From Octopus sinensis (Eukaryota), in contig NC_043011.1 of the NCBI RefSeq assembly GCF_006345805.1, positions 31,136,464-31,200,463 on the forward strand: 64,000 bases of DNA. Direction: 5' to 3'. Every line of letters begins with the position of its first letter. Position 1 is the first letter of the stretch. This document shows, in pieces, positions 1 through 19,558 of the stretch. The translations under genes were made by a program, and so were the position numbers. The notes beneath the pieces were generated by a model. That model was not told the DNA's origin. It worked only from the letters and a program-made list of their open reading frames with translations, and searched no databases.

Positions 1-475
1 TCCGCAACCCGGACGGAGAAAGCCCCTCTCCTTCAGTTGAGATGAAATCGATGTAGATAGAGCTTTTCGGAGTGACCCCGCAGCCCACGCTCTGGAGCTG
101 GAGTGAAGAACAACTCTTTCGAGAGGTTACACTTTCTGCTTATGATGTTGTGAACGAGAATGAGATCACCACGGCAGTGTCATTTATCGAGAGAATAAAG
201 GTCGAGCGTCTTCAGCCTTTCTTCATAAGACAAATGCTTGAGACCAAGAACCATGCGGGTAGCCAGCTTCTGGACTCTTTTGAGATGAAGTATGTCTTTG
301 AGGAGATAAGGAGAAGAGGCTTGAAGCCCGTACTCCAATATGGGTCTCACCAGCGTGACATAGAGCGGTTGGAATATGGCTGCTGTGAGCATTCCGAATG
401 ACCGTCAAACCAAAAACAGAACTCTGCGTGCTTTGTTGGCAGCATGGACGCATTGGGCCATACTTGTCTGTGGTG
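1..475 (-). mobile_element. CR1/L2-type LINE 3' fragment (RT C-terminal region), degenerate
   Basis: Minus strand reads AANKARRVLF..LYVTLVRPILEYGLQASSPYLLKDILHLKRVQKLATRMVLGLKHLSYEERLKTLDLYSL, a typical CR1 ORF2 C-terminus. Same family as 50131-50702. Confidence 0.85.
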
Positions 476-799
476 TTATTCCTGTTTTCTACCACTATCA
501 TTTCTATCAGTAACTTTGGAATAAATCATAACTGATCCCCAAAAATTTGTATACTCATTCTTCCTTATATACAGATTCAAAATGAATAAATAAAAAAAAT
601 ATTCGTTGCATGGAATGAAGAAATATGTGTATTAAAGTATTAAACCAGATGACACATAGTTTGTGCCAGTCCTAATGATATATATGGAATACATCTCTCT
701 ACCCTTCATCTATTTGCTGTGTTTGTTTAGCCACTGGTCTAAATCCTACATCCTTAAAACTCCATTGGTTTTACCTATTACACAAACATTACATTGCAG

Positions 800-989
800 A
801 TCTGAGCTGACTCAGTACACTTCAATTCGGCAAGCTTCCCTTAGTCTTCGTCAGTTATCAAATAATCGTGATACTCCAATAAATATAAGAAGTGCCTCTT
901 TGTCACTTGCACATCAAAAGCGCCGACAGCGTCTCAACAAGGCCCATGGAAATACATCTCAATCTGCCCCAACAACGTTACAGAGGTAA
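800..989 (+). CDS. Probable terminal coding exon of an unidentified upstream gene
   Basis: Acceptor cattgcag at 792-799, then an open frame SELTQYTSIRQASLSLRQLSNNRDTPINIRSASLSLAHQKRRQRLNKAHGNTSQSAPTTLQR* with coding-like GC and CpG content in AT-rich surroundings. AU-rich UTR-like sequence follows, with AATAAA near 1306. No homology recognised. Confidence 0.45.
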
Positions 990-1326
990 TAATTTTATAT
1001 ATATATATAACTGTTTAAAATTCATTTTCACCAACATGAATTATTGTATATTATATTATAATGGATATATTATATTGTAATGGATTATTGTAAATTTTAT
1101 TATGTGTCTCCAAACACACATACAAATATATACATATCTGTAAGTGTGTTGATAGAGAATTTGAAGTTTCACTGATATATGGTTTAAGAAACTTTAAGAT
1201 TGCTGTCAACAAAAGTAAATCATTTTAAATATCAGACTCTACATTTATACTGAGTCTTTATTTCAATTAATGTTTGTTGCTTTTATCTATACAAAAATAC
1301 TTTTAATAAATTATTTTATGTATGTG

Positions 1327-1650
1327 TGAAGGCACATTGTTAGAGTGTTGGGCTCACAATCATGAGGTGGTGAGTTTGATTCCTGGGCCAGGCTGTGTGT
1401 CATGTTCTTGAGCAAGACACTTTTTCATGTAGCTCCAGTTCACTTAGCTGTGGAAATGAATTGTGACATCGCTGGTGCTAAGTTGTATCAGTCTTTGCCT
1501 TGCCCTTGGATAACATCAGTGGCATGGAGAAAGGAGGCTGGTATGCATGGACAACTGTTGGTCTTCCATAAACAACCTTGCCCAAACTTGTGCCTCAGAA
1601 GGAAACTTTCTAGGTGCAATCCCATGGTAATTTATGACTGAAGGGATTCC
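1327..1650 (+). mobile_element. tRNA-derived SINE (CORE/Meta-like central domain)
   Basis: Matches copies at 24443, 37148 and 51850 (gttcttgagcaagacact...gctccagttcacttagctgt). Confidence 0.75.
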
Positions 1651-1661
1651 TTTAAAAATAT

Positions 1662-1925
1662 GTATCATCATCATCATCATCGTTTAACATCCGTTTTCCA
1701 TGCTAGCATGGGTTGGACGGTTCAACCAGGGTCTGGGAAACCAGGAGGCTGCACCAGGCTCCAGTCTGATCTGGCAGTGTTTCTACAGCTGGATGCCCTT
1801 CCTAACGCCAACCACTGTGAGTGTAGTGGGTGCTTTTTACATGCCACGATCGGTTGGTGCTTTTTATGTGCCACAGGCACAGAAGCCAGCCAAGGCGGCA
1901 CTAGCATCGGCCACGTTCGGATGAT
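1662..1925 (-). mobile_element. RTE-tailed SINE/short retroelement with (GAT)n tail
   Basis: (cat)n-cgtttaacatccgttttccatgctagcatgggttgga motif, present more than 12 times in the window. Confidence 0.75.
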
Positions 1926-4900
1926 GCTTTATTTATATACATTTATATATGTATCCGGTGCCATGTAAAATGTACCCAGTCCACTCTCTGACATGATTGG
2001 TATTATGAAGGGCTTCCAGGTGTAAAAACCATGTCAAAATAGACAGTGGAGCTTGGTACAGTCCTCTGGCTTGCTAGCTTCTGTCATATCATCCTGCCCA
2101 TACCAGCAAGAAAAACAGACATTAGATGATGCTGGTCACAATGCACTTACTCATGTTGTTTTACTTTCCAATATCAACCTGCTCACTAGGTAGGCAGGCC
2201 AACGTTCCCCTCAGAAGGAATTCTAATCCATTACAGGGTTACCCATTCACAGCTGGGTGAACTGGAGCAAAGTGTTTCGCTCAACAACACAGTGCACTAC
2301 CAGCCTGGAAACTGAAACCGTGATCTTGCATTTTATGAATGCAACACCTAGGCCACACGCCTTGTCTTACACACACACATATACAACATCCCAGACAAAA
2401 AAAAAAAACTGATTGCTTTTGACTGCTGGAGGTGCAGTATGAGTAACTTGCTATCAAGAGCGTTGTGCCATCATGCCTATTTATAACTAGTTTTAGCAAT
2501 GGGTTTTTACAGCATGGAAACAAACTGATTAGAATATTAATAGATTGAATCTTGCATTTCTTGTGTAAACTGCATTTACAATATTTCTCATTCGGCTTTT
2601 GTATTCCTTTTCTCTTTTCATAAATGGCTGATATTACGTTGAATAACGAATGTTTTAGATGAAGATCAGAGAAAAACTGATTGCCATGCAGTATATTCAG
2701 ATACAAAGCTGAGACAGCCAAGAAATCTACAGAGGAATAAACATTTTCGGACTCTAATCACAATTGTAAAAAAAGAAAAAAATGCTATTATTTATTGACT
2801 CGATGTATTATTCCAAATTGTATACATACTTAAGATAAAATTATCCTATATTAAGGTACAGATTTAATTTTTTCTCTGAAAGGTGACATATCAAGAATAA
2901 GGTGCAGGTGTTACGTAGTTAGAAGTTTGTTTCCCAACCACATGGTTCCAGGTTCAATCCCACTTTGTGACACCTCGAGCAAGTGTCTTCTGCTATAGCC
3001 CTGGGCCAACCAAAGCCATGCGATTTGGTAGACGGAAACCTAAAGAAGCCTATTATATGTGTGTGTGTGTTAACTGTCTCTTTGCTTTGATATTTGTAAA
3101 CAAATGTTACTGTCCTTCGTTCATCTTCCATGAAAACGTTTGGTCAAAGAGAATGATTACTTTACTTGGAAACAGGCAAGGGTTGGCAACGAAAAGGTCA
3201 TCAGCCGTAGTAAATGCACTATAACAAAACTTATCCAACATGCAAATATAGAAAAGTGGACTTCAAAACGACAAGATATGATGTCTTGTATGAAATTTTA
3301 GAATGGGTCACTTAACTCCAACAATAAATTGGCTGCATTCAGCAAACTGGTAAACGGTAAAGAATTTAGTGTAGTGTGGTCAGTAAAATCCAAATGGACG
3401 GAAATGGATTTAATAGTGTATACTTTAGCTCAAGCATGAGAAACCCATGACATTGAGGCCACAAGCAACCCTTTTGCTTTTTTTTTATCATATGTATATC
3501 AAAGTCAGCTCTTCCTGTGCTGGTGGCACTTGAAAAGTAACCAGCATACTCTGTAAAGTGGTTGTCCAGCATTATGATGTACTTGTCTGTATGACTGGCG
3601 CACCTCGCAGTCTGACACCACTTGTTGTGTCTGTCCACTATTTATTTGTGGTGCAACAGCCTACTTCTCTCACTCGGGGTGTCCTCCACAACAGAAACCA
3701 TATCAAAATAGACAATTGGAGTCTAGACAGCTCTTTTCAAACCCTCCAACCCATGCCAGCATGGAAAACAGACATTAAACAACGATAATCCAGTCATTGG
3801 GCTACAGCTATGCAGAGGCAACATCCTGAAGGGGTTAAGAAAAAAAAACACATCAACCCGACTGGTACTTATTCTATAGATCTCTTGCCAAACTGCTAAG
3901 TTACATGGACATAAACAAACCAATCCAACATTTGGTTGTAAAGCAGTTGGATATAACACAGACATGCATGTTCTCTCCACTAGCCAGACTGATTTGCAGG
4001 CCATGAATTTGAGCTTCAGATCATACTGGTTTAATGAACCTAATCCACCACACTGACTCAAGAGAGGTGCAGTTTTTATATTCATACCCAGAAGTCAAGT
4101 CAATTACATTAACCCCAGTGCTCAACTAGTACTTATATCAATTCCATAAAGATGAAAGGCAAAGTCAACCTCAGCAGAATTTGAACTCTCAACGTCAGGA
4201 CGGACGAATTATCACTAAGCATTTCACCCAGCATATGAACAATTCAGCCAACTCACCCCCTCCTACTTCCTACTGTTAGTGGTGTGGACAGATTTTTTTT
4301 TGGTAATCTCTTATGGCCTGGCCCATTGCATGTAATTAAATTTACCTATGCCTACTTTAGACTAAAAGCAATTAACAGCATGATTAGCCAGCCATAAAAT
4401 GAGTAACTAAAGCCAGCTAAGACTGCTGAAAATAGTAATGTTAGAAAGGTGCTGGAAACCAAATATTAGGATCTGAGATGTTAAATTCATTGCTAACTGA
4501 GAGTATCTATTTGGTGCAACATGCTAGAAATAGCAGCCAAATCACACTAAAATCATCCTCTACAAAATAGCCACACTGATCTGGAGTTCCCTAAATGAGG
4601 CAGTTAGGATCAAAATGCCTCTAAATCATGTTTGACCTGGGGTTAAACTAAGGATCCCTATAACTTCACCAAGCTTAATGATAATCAACAAACTCATCAC
4701 CTTCAAACATCAATAAAGTGGAAATGGCTTAATTGACATTCCAGTATTGATTTCCAATAGGATCTATTGAGCTGTGTCAACAGAACTTGCAACATGAACT
4801 TTTTTGATGTTAAATTATACTTCATTCAATACTAACTTCTTGTTTTAAATCGATTTTAATTAAAACCTATCGAAGTTCCTACTACCAGCTTAATAATTAA

Positions 4901-4950
4901 AGTTATTTTACTAAATTGTTCATTATTTTCACAATTTAAAATTAAGTTAA

Positions 4951-5152
4951 CCCTTTTGATACCAACCAGGCTGAAACTGGCACTGAAATACAAATGTCTT
5001 AAGTTTTGAATTAAAATCTTCCATCAAACTTTAGTCACAATTTATGTTCCTAATATTAATAATAACTAAGTTATTTTAATTAAATTCTTTGTTATATTTA
5101 AAATTAATTGAAAGAAACAGAGCATCTCAAAATAAATATGGTAATGAAAGGG
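4951..5152. mobile_element. piggyBac-type MITE
   Basis: ttaa|cccttttgatacc...ggtaatgaaaggg|ttaa, i.e. short TIRs and TTAA TSD. Related copies at 34389-34603 and 49516-49720. Confidence 0.75.
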
Positions 5153-6270
5153 TTAAAGTCAGTGTATTTCAACAGAAAAACAGCCTCAATTTCAATAAAA
5201 ATAAGAAGGAAAAAAAACTTATTTATGCCAAAATCAGCTGTATATAATCCAGTGCTGAAGCCATGATTATCTCATTTATTCCAGTACATTTTACAATGTA
5301 CCTTTCCCCTTTAGACAATCAGGTAGAAGAGAAATTTTATTTCTACAAACTCTCAGCATGACCAAGCCTGCAGAAGTATACACCTCCTCCTAAATTAGAA
5401 ATTCACCAATATATATTTCTATGAGAATGTGCACACTAAAAGATACACCCAAGCACAATCTTTATTATCCAACCCCAACACACACTGGCTCGTTTCCTTA
5501 TTTAGCCCTTGCTTATTATCCACTCTCTTGTATTACATTTTTGATACCAAAGTAATGTTATGATTCATGCACAAGTTTGGCACAAACCAGGACAGAAGAC
5601 AGATGCTAACTTCAAGTTTGTCAGAAATAGCCAAGACCAATCAACAAACTGCAGAAATTAGTTATCTCTTTTGCTATGGAAATCAGATGCATCTGCTCAA
5701 AATTTCATTACCAATCTACCCTTTGTTGAGGAATGGCATATTTGAAACTATTTATAACAAGTTTATTGAGGCAATGTGATTTGCGGAAAATGCCAATTCT
5801 ATTCTTTGGCTGATATTTAACATCATTGCTGGAATAACCAATGAAATATAATTCCACATTGAAAAAGTTAATAAGCAATACACTAGATTCTGAAATCAAA
5901 TTTAAAATGGTTTTAGTTTTGATTGATTGATTGATTCTAGTTTCAGCTTATGAGCTGTGGCCATGCTGGGGCACCGCCATTTTGAAATATTGAAATATTA
6001 GGAAAATGAATTGGTAATTCTATTGTTTATCTAACATTGGCAAAATGCCATACATTTTCGGAGAAGAGTACATACTAGCCCATGTTTTACAGATCCTAAA
6101 TATGAAATGGTCAGAGTAGAATTTCAACTGAAACATGGAAATGAAACCAAATATTTTGTCAGAAACTCTACCTATTTTAACACTTACTATGTATATTAAA
6201 TAACACTGAAATAACTAGATTTGTGTAATAAAGCAAAAACTCTAAAACATGAAGCTGAGGCTCAATTTCT

Positions 6271-6276
6271 TTTATT
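6271..6276 (-). terminator. Polyadenylation signal of RPS27 copy A
   Basis: AATAAA on the minus strand about 35 nt after the stop codon. Confidence 0.6.
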
Positions 6277-6309
6277 TTAAACCATAAATAACTTCAGGTC
6301 ATCACTCTA

Positions 6310-13265
<6,956 letters not shown>

Positions 13266-13271
<6 letters not shown>

Positions 13272-13301
13272 GATGTTCCGTTAAACCGTACAGAAAGGAA
13301 G
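13266..13301 (-). CDS. RPS27: RPS27 copy A exon 1 (5' UTR plus ATG CCG at 13271-13266)
   Basis: Minus strand cttcctttctgtacggtttaacggaacatc ATG CCG|gttagt; two-codon first exon as in metazoan RPS27. Confidence 0.88.
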
Positions 13302-13328
13302 TTCAAGGGGGAAATTGCTTATATATAT
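13292..13328 (-). promoter_or_regulatory. TCT/5'TOP initiator (13292-13301) with upstream TATA-like element (13319-13328)
   Basis: CTTCCTTTCT 30 nt before the ATG; TATATATAAG about 18-27 nt upstream of it. Typical of ribosomal protein promoters. Confidence 0.7.
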
Positions 13329-14731
13329 AGTAATAAAGTTAACGACTTATTCTCAGCAATAGTATCGTATTCATGCCATTAATCTTTTTCTATAATTAAT
13401 TAAATTTTGCTGTATATCTAACAGAGAATATACGCTTTTTATGATATTTTTATTCTTCATATAGCAAATGCATATCATGAATATTGAAATCAGTGAAATT
13501 AGGTTTAGAATGTGACAAGTGTTGCATATTTAGGTGAAAATTAAACTCAGGTTGTTAAACCGTAACATTGGAATCAAATCCACCTGTTTATTCCTTGTTC
13601 TAATATACATAGCAGCAAATATACTACTTAATATAGTTTCCTTTCTCATTTTTTTTCCGTGGGTATAACTCCTAATTATGGACATTGATACTTTACCATG
13701 GGGAGGGAGGCAATTTTGAAATTTTGTCAATATGCAACAAGTTTGCTTCTTAATTTTTAATCAAATTAATTTTCCCTTTTTCCTCTTTGCGACTGAACTG
13801 CTCAATATATTTTTATTGAGAAATATGTTACCCCACCAATATTTCTTAAGCACGCGCTTCCCCTACACTCCATTTGACCCACCGTTAACATCACCTTTCC
13901 AGTTTATTTCATTATAACGAACCAACGACGCAGTTTCTATGAATTCACTCGACCCGCAGGAGATTGCAGCCAAATCTCCTTCAAATCATATTTTCATTAT
14001 TAGATAATATTGTCTTATGTACACTGTGGTTGAAAAAGAGACGGAGCTCCTGATGTTGGCTGGAATACTATTATCATAGATACGTCCGGTCAATCAGAGT
14101 TCATTTGGGACGTATTTGCTTTGCCATAAATACCGAAGATTCTCTCTCTTACTCTCTACATTCCTCCTCTCTCTTTCACTTTCTGCATTCTCTCTCTCTC
14201 TCTCCCTGCCTCCTTTTCTCTCTCTCATTCACACGTAACACACGGTATCCACCTAAGGTAGGTTTCCCCTACGTAAACCCGTTTGAAATAGTCAAATTTC
14301 ATTCACATCACACCCTACTGTTTTAAATAAAGAAAGGATGTATTGAATATTGTAATAGCTGGGGTATAATATACTTATGGCTAGAGTTTTATTGATATTG
14401 CTATCATTTATCTGTTTACGAAACTGAAAAAAATAAAAAGAAAGAAAGCTAAAGTTTGTGAAAGTGATGCCAAGATCTAATGGTCGCAGTTGAAACACTT
14501 TTGAATATAAAGCCTGTTCGATCAGAGTCATGCTGAGACTAACACAAACACTCACAGAAGTAAAGCACTAAGATATTTCATTCAGTGATGAATTGAGATC
14601 ATCTAGAATAAAAGTATCCTGACTAAAAATGCCGGGAAATATCCGCAGCCAGTGACCCACAAATTAGTAATTAAACAATCTATTCACTCAGTTATATCAC
14701 TTAAACTTTCCTCACTAACATAAATAATCCT

Positions 14732-15520
14732 GGATCTTTTCCTTTGTAACATAATTTCTTGTTAACTAAACACTTTTAAACTTTGTATACTGGTAGAATG
14801 TGTTTATAAAACATCATTTTTTTCTTGGCTTTATTGAGAAAATTCTATAGGCTGTAAGATATTTCGTCTGAAATTTCGAGCATTTCGGCAATTTTAACCA
14901 ATCGCTGGAGTCCATTTAGGTAAACAACATTCCGTGCTGTATGAATATGTCCCTCCTTTAAGAAACAGATTGGGTTTATTTACATTTGTGAAGAAAAAAA
15001 GATACCCTTCCCCAACCCCTAACCCTAAATCTAAAATAGATTGAAATGCAATAGATCGATACTAGGGCCATAATTATGGGTGACATTTTCATTTGACACT
15101 GCTAGAAAAAAATCCTATTTTCCGGAGCAGTGTCGTATGAAATTGTCACCCATAATTATGGCCCTAGTATCGATCTATTGCATTTCAATCTATTTTAGAT
15201 TTAGGGTGAGAGTTAGGGTTAGGGGTGGGGGAAGGGTATCTTTTTTCTTCACAAATGTAAATAAACCCAATCTGTTTCTTAAAGGAGGGACATATTCATA
15301 CAGCACGGAATGTTGTTTACCTAAATGGACTCCAGCGATTGGTTAAAATTGCCGAAATGCTTGAAATTTCAGACAAAATATCTTACAAACTATAGAATTT
15401 TCTCAATAAAGCCAAAAAAAAATGATGTTTTATAAACCCATTCTACCAGTATACAAAGTTTAAAAGTGTTTAGTTTACTAGAAATTGTGTTGAAAAGTGC
15501 CGTTCAAAAGGAAAAGATCC
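14732..15520. mobile_element. 789-bp fold-back non-autonomous DNA transposon (MITE) with 8-bp TSD
   Basis: Arms 14732-15103 and 15126-15520 are near-perfect reverse complements around a 22-nt loop. Ends GGATC/GATCC; flanked by ataatcct (14724-14731 and 15521-15528). Confidence 0.9.
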
Positions 15521-16823
15521 ATAATCCTTCCCGAATACTTCCAATTTCTTTGTAATTCTTGACTCTGACGCGTGGGGTTTGATGTCGCTTGAGTTGAACT
15601 GGTCAATGAAAACATGGAATAACTAAAGCAAATTCGTGAATATTTATTGCTGGACATAGATATTTGATGTTGACAAATTAAAGCATACTCTGAAAATATA
15701 GAAAGCTATCTGCGTGACATCATGTGGTCAGTCTAAAAATACTCGAAGTCATATGCACAAATTTCCGAGGCATTCAGTGGCGTCGGCAGTTTGTGGATCG
15801 TCTGCGCTGTAAGTTGCATGCCAAACGGTTTTTGTGGGGGTACAAGAAGTCAAATTTTAAAACATTTGAGAAAACTATATCATGCCACAGCTTCAAGCTG
15901 ATTGGTTGATTTATAGATATATCTCTACTTGTGGTTCACTCGTGGTGTCTGACTGAGTGTCTAGTGGTTAGGCTTCAAATCCCCACTACGGCCAGCTCCA
16001 TTGCGTGACTTTTAGAAGCCTCCTGGAACTTTTGTTTTGAGGCCCCATCCCTTCAATCAAAATTCAAAATCTATGCACCTTTTATTCATAGCTTTATTTT
16101 ATTTTATTCTAACTGAAGTTCAATATTTCACATTATCCTAAAGAACATCTTTAAAAGTACAAGTTCAATTTATCTAGGTCTATTATAAATTTCATTAAGT
16201 AAAATTTCCAGACATGAATAAAAAAAACACTTTTATAATCCAGTCAATTTTCAAAGACAAACATGGCATACTTTTCACTTCACGAAATCATCGATTAGTT
16301 CAGAATAATCAAGCTGAGGGCTAAGTTCATATCCAATAGATATCATAGACAATCCACAAAGTTTGGTACACGTTTTTGGTACAATGTAATATTTTTACAT
16401 GAACTTTTGCAGGTACAATGTGTTACCATTTTATTTCTTGAAATTTACAGTTAACATAGATAGTTTAATTCTTTTTCAACATCTTAACCAAAGTAAATAG
16501 ATGACTCATCTACAAACTTTGATCTTAACTGCAGAGGTCCTTTGAAACTGCAGGGGTTGCAGGGATACAGCCATGGCTCTGGCTATAGCTCACTCGTTTT
16601 GCTTGCTGATACAGTACTTTATGTTATTCAGAGAAATACTGGCATCAACCAGCAATATTTAGTCAAGCAAACTGTCCCAGATCCATTTCTATCCCCAGCA
16701 CATTCATTTATACTTTTTAGCCACCAAATATGTTCCTTAAAACAAAATCTAAAGGCCTAGATAGCATCCCTTCTATGACTTGTAAGCAATGTTATGAAAG
16801 TATTCCATCTTGTTCTTAAAATA

Positions 16824-17387
16824 CTCGGTTGTCCAGGAAGTTCATGCCGATTTATAGAAGCTTACATTTCGACTTGTTTTAGAACATGGTTGAGCCATTA
16901 AATAGGATTTGACTACACTTCCATTTAGAGCACAGTTTAAGCTGTCTTTTCGTGGAAGAAGGTTTATGTTCCTATAACCTGTGTTAATTCTGTAACCCTT
17001 TAAAATGGAAAATAAGAAAGTTCATTTTCAGCACTTGATGCTTTGGGAACCAGACAAAAATTGCTGAAGCTCAGCTGGGATGTGTTACCACACCCTCCAT
17101 ATTCACCAGATATTGCTCCTTTGGATTTCCACTTATTCAGGTCGCTGCAGAATAGTCTAATGGTAAAAATTTCAATTCCTTGGATGACGTAAAAAGATAT
17201 TTTCATGAATTCATTTCAATGAAACCACCTCAATTCTGGGAAGAGGGTATTTTCAAGTTAAAGGAAAGATGAAGACGCATTGTGCAACAAAATGGTTTAT
17301 ATTTGGTTGATTAAAAATGTAATGGCAAGTATTTATTGACCTTTTTCTTTCCTTTAAAAATCAGCACGAACTTTCCGGACAACCCAA
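16824..17387 (+). mobile_element. Internally deleted mariner element
   Basis: About 30-bp TIRs (ctcggttgtccaggaagttc / gaactttccggacaacccaa), TA at both ends, transposase C-terminus [26 protein letters not shown] with frameshift and stop. Confidence 0.9.
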
Positions 17388-18206
17388 TAGATTCATAAAT
17401 AAATACTGTAAGTCTCATATGCAAAAATAGGCTGTGTTAAATACCTGTGATAAGTTTGGAGAAAAGATTGCTGCTGTCTTACACTATTTCATTCATTTTA
17501 ATAACTGCTCCACAACTGAAAGCAATCGCATAGCTTGTACATGCGCCCGGCACAACTCTTGACTTTGCCAGACCCCATCCTGGGCCAATACAGCTTATAC
17601 AGCAAACTCAAAAGTTCTAACTCCATAAAACTGTTGCCCGGGGCAGACATCTCCTCCCTAGCTATGGTACTAACTTAAGAAGAAAAAAGTACCAGCAATC
17701 TATTCTTCTATTCTTCAAATTTGTCTTCCATCTTAGCAGCTGTGATATGTCTTCATTGGTTACATATATCATATATATATATTTGTTGTGCAAGATTTTT
17801 TATAGAAGCTTACCTTTATGGCTGATGGTTAGTAAGGAGAGACACACAAATAAGAAAGAAGAAAGCAAAGGACCACTGATGCAGTCACAGGAGTGTGACG
17901 AAAGAACTCTGGCCGAGATAAGATTAAGATTAATGTAAAAAATAAATAACACTGAAGCAAAGTAACACCAAATATATAGTACGTGTGTTTTTATTGGCTA
18001 AACTGGCAAAATGACCATTCCTAAATACTACAATATATATATATATAGTTGTATATATATATATATAAAGTATGGGGATTTAGTTCACAGGTGATCTAAA
18101 TGATTAGGTATGCTAGGTAAGTGCTGTAATGGATTACTAGGGCTCCAAGGTTGTAGCCAAGATGGTAGTTATGGAACCATTGCAGATTTCTGATGCAAGA
18201 GTTATA

Positions 18207-18875
18207 TAATTCTTAAAGAGGACAACAAACATTAAGGCAAGGCAAACATCTCAAGTCATATATATTATTATTACTGGAAAAAATTCAAAGTCTTACAGCT
18301 GTTTCTGGGATATCCCAGAGTGAATGGGATATTCTGTCATCAGAGACAAATAGGGAAGAATAGGGAAAATGAGAAGGGTGTATATTAATGAAATGACAAC
18401 ATAAAGGAAGGGACTAAAGGATAAGGAGATGAAGAGAGAGAAGAAAAAAGAAGCATAAAAGTTTATAGTTCAACTTTCCGATGTTGTAGATGCCGTTATT
18501 GTTTGCGTCTTTTTTCTCTGGATGCTTATAATATCCGGATTTTAACCAACATGGATCTCTACAGGATTGTACCTAAGGACTTAGGCATTTGTTTCTACAA
18601 CATCGGAAAGTTGAACTATGAACTTTTATGTTTCTTTTTTCTTCTCTCCCTTCATCTCCTTGTTCCTCTACTCCCTTCCTCTATGTTGTCATTTCATTAA
18701 TATACACCCTTCTCATTTTCCCTATTTGTGTCTGATGACAGAATATCCCATTCAGTCTGGGATATCCCAGAAACAGCTGTAAGACTGAAATTTCTCCAAT
18801 AATAATAATAATAATAATATATATGACTTGAGATGTTTGCCTTGCCTTAATGTTTGTTGTCCTCTTTAATAATTA
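18207..18875. mobile_element. Inverted repeat (arms 18207-18490 and 18594-18875), probably Penelope-like, each arm with a hammerhead ribozyme-like motif
   Basis: About 283-bp arms are reverse complements. Each contains CTGATGA...GAAACAGCTGTA. Confidence 0.7.
18290..18347 (-). ncRNA. Type I hammerhead ribozyme-like motif (stem II degenerate)
   Basis: GUCU-CUGAUGA-(stem II region)-GAAAC-AGCU-GUA-AGAC: complete catalytic core, 4-bp stem I, palindromic stem III. Mirror copy at 18728-18785 (+) has a stem I mismatch. Confidence 0.55.
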
Positions 18876-19520
18876 AATATATATATATATATATAGATAG
18901 ATCACTGTGACCGACCAGACTATCAAATGTTGCTACACATCGCTGGTCACAATGTGCTTCGCATTGTTTTAGCCTTCAGATGACACCACCCCACTGGCTA
19001 AGCAAGCAGGCCAAGATATATATATATACACTTCCCAACAGCTGTTTCAGATGAATTCTTATTGATGACTACATCAATTCTTTTGATTACATCAATACAA
19101 AAATCCATTGTCATCAGTTGATTTTAAGCAAAAATAATATTGGTATGTAAATGATTCAATTTCAAGGTCAAATTAAATTTCATCCTCTACCTACCTATAT
19201 GATTTTTTTAAAATATCAACTGATGGCAATGAATTTTTGCCATGACATAATGGAAATAATCAATGTATTCATCAATAAAAAATGCTGCTGAAACAGCTGT
19301 TGTGAATTTTTAAACTTCACTTTTTTTCTTCTTCTATACATACGCCATATTTGGAACAATCCTGAGGTTGGATCTGTAATTGATATTGGATCAGGTACAT
19401 GTGTGTGTACATATGTATGTATTAAGGGAAAGTTTACAAAAATAAACAAAAGACGAAGGCAGGTAGAGTACAAACAAACAAATGTATTAATATAGCGCTC
19501 AGGAATAGAAATAGAAAAAG

Positions 19521-19558
19521 TCTTTTACGTTTCGAGCCTACGCTCTTCAACAGAAAGA
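19521..19558 (-). ncRNA. Minimal Penelope-type hammerhead-like motif (core variant) within a repeat remnant at about 19400-19620
   Basis: UCUUU-CUGUUGA-A-GAGC GUAG GCUC-GAAAC-GUA-AAAGA. Confidence 0.45.

Noticed and set aside
72-401. Plus-strand 109-aa ORF and the similar minus-strand ORF 50173-50649
   Set aside because: Antisense shadows of CR1 ORF2 fragments.
1660-1968. His-rich and MLAWVG.. ORFs (also at 20567, 22229, 38362, 39585, 40731)
   Set aside because: These are translations of a repeated SINE and its (CAT)n tail.
15560-15910. CpG-rich coding-like stretch
   Set aside because: Stops in all plausible frames and no recognisable motif. Probably an old transposase remnant that I cannot assign.
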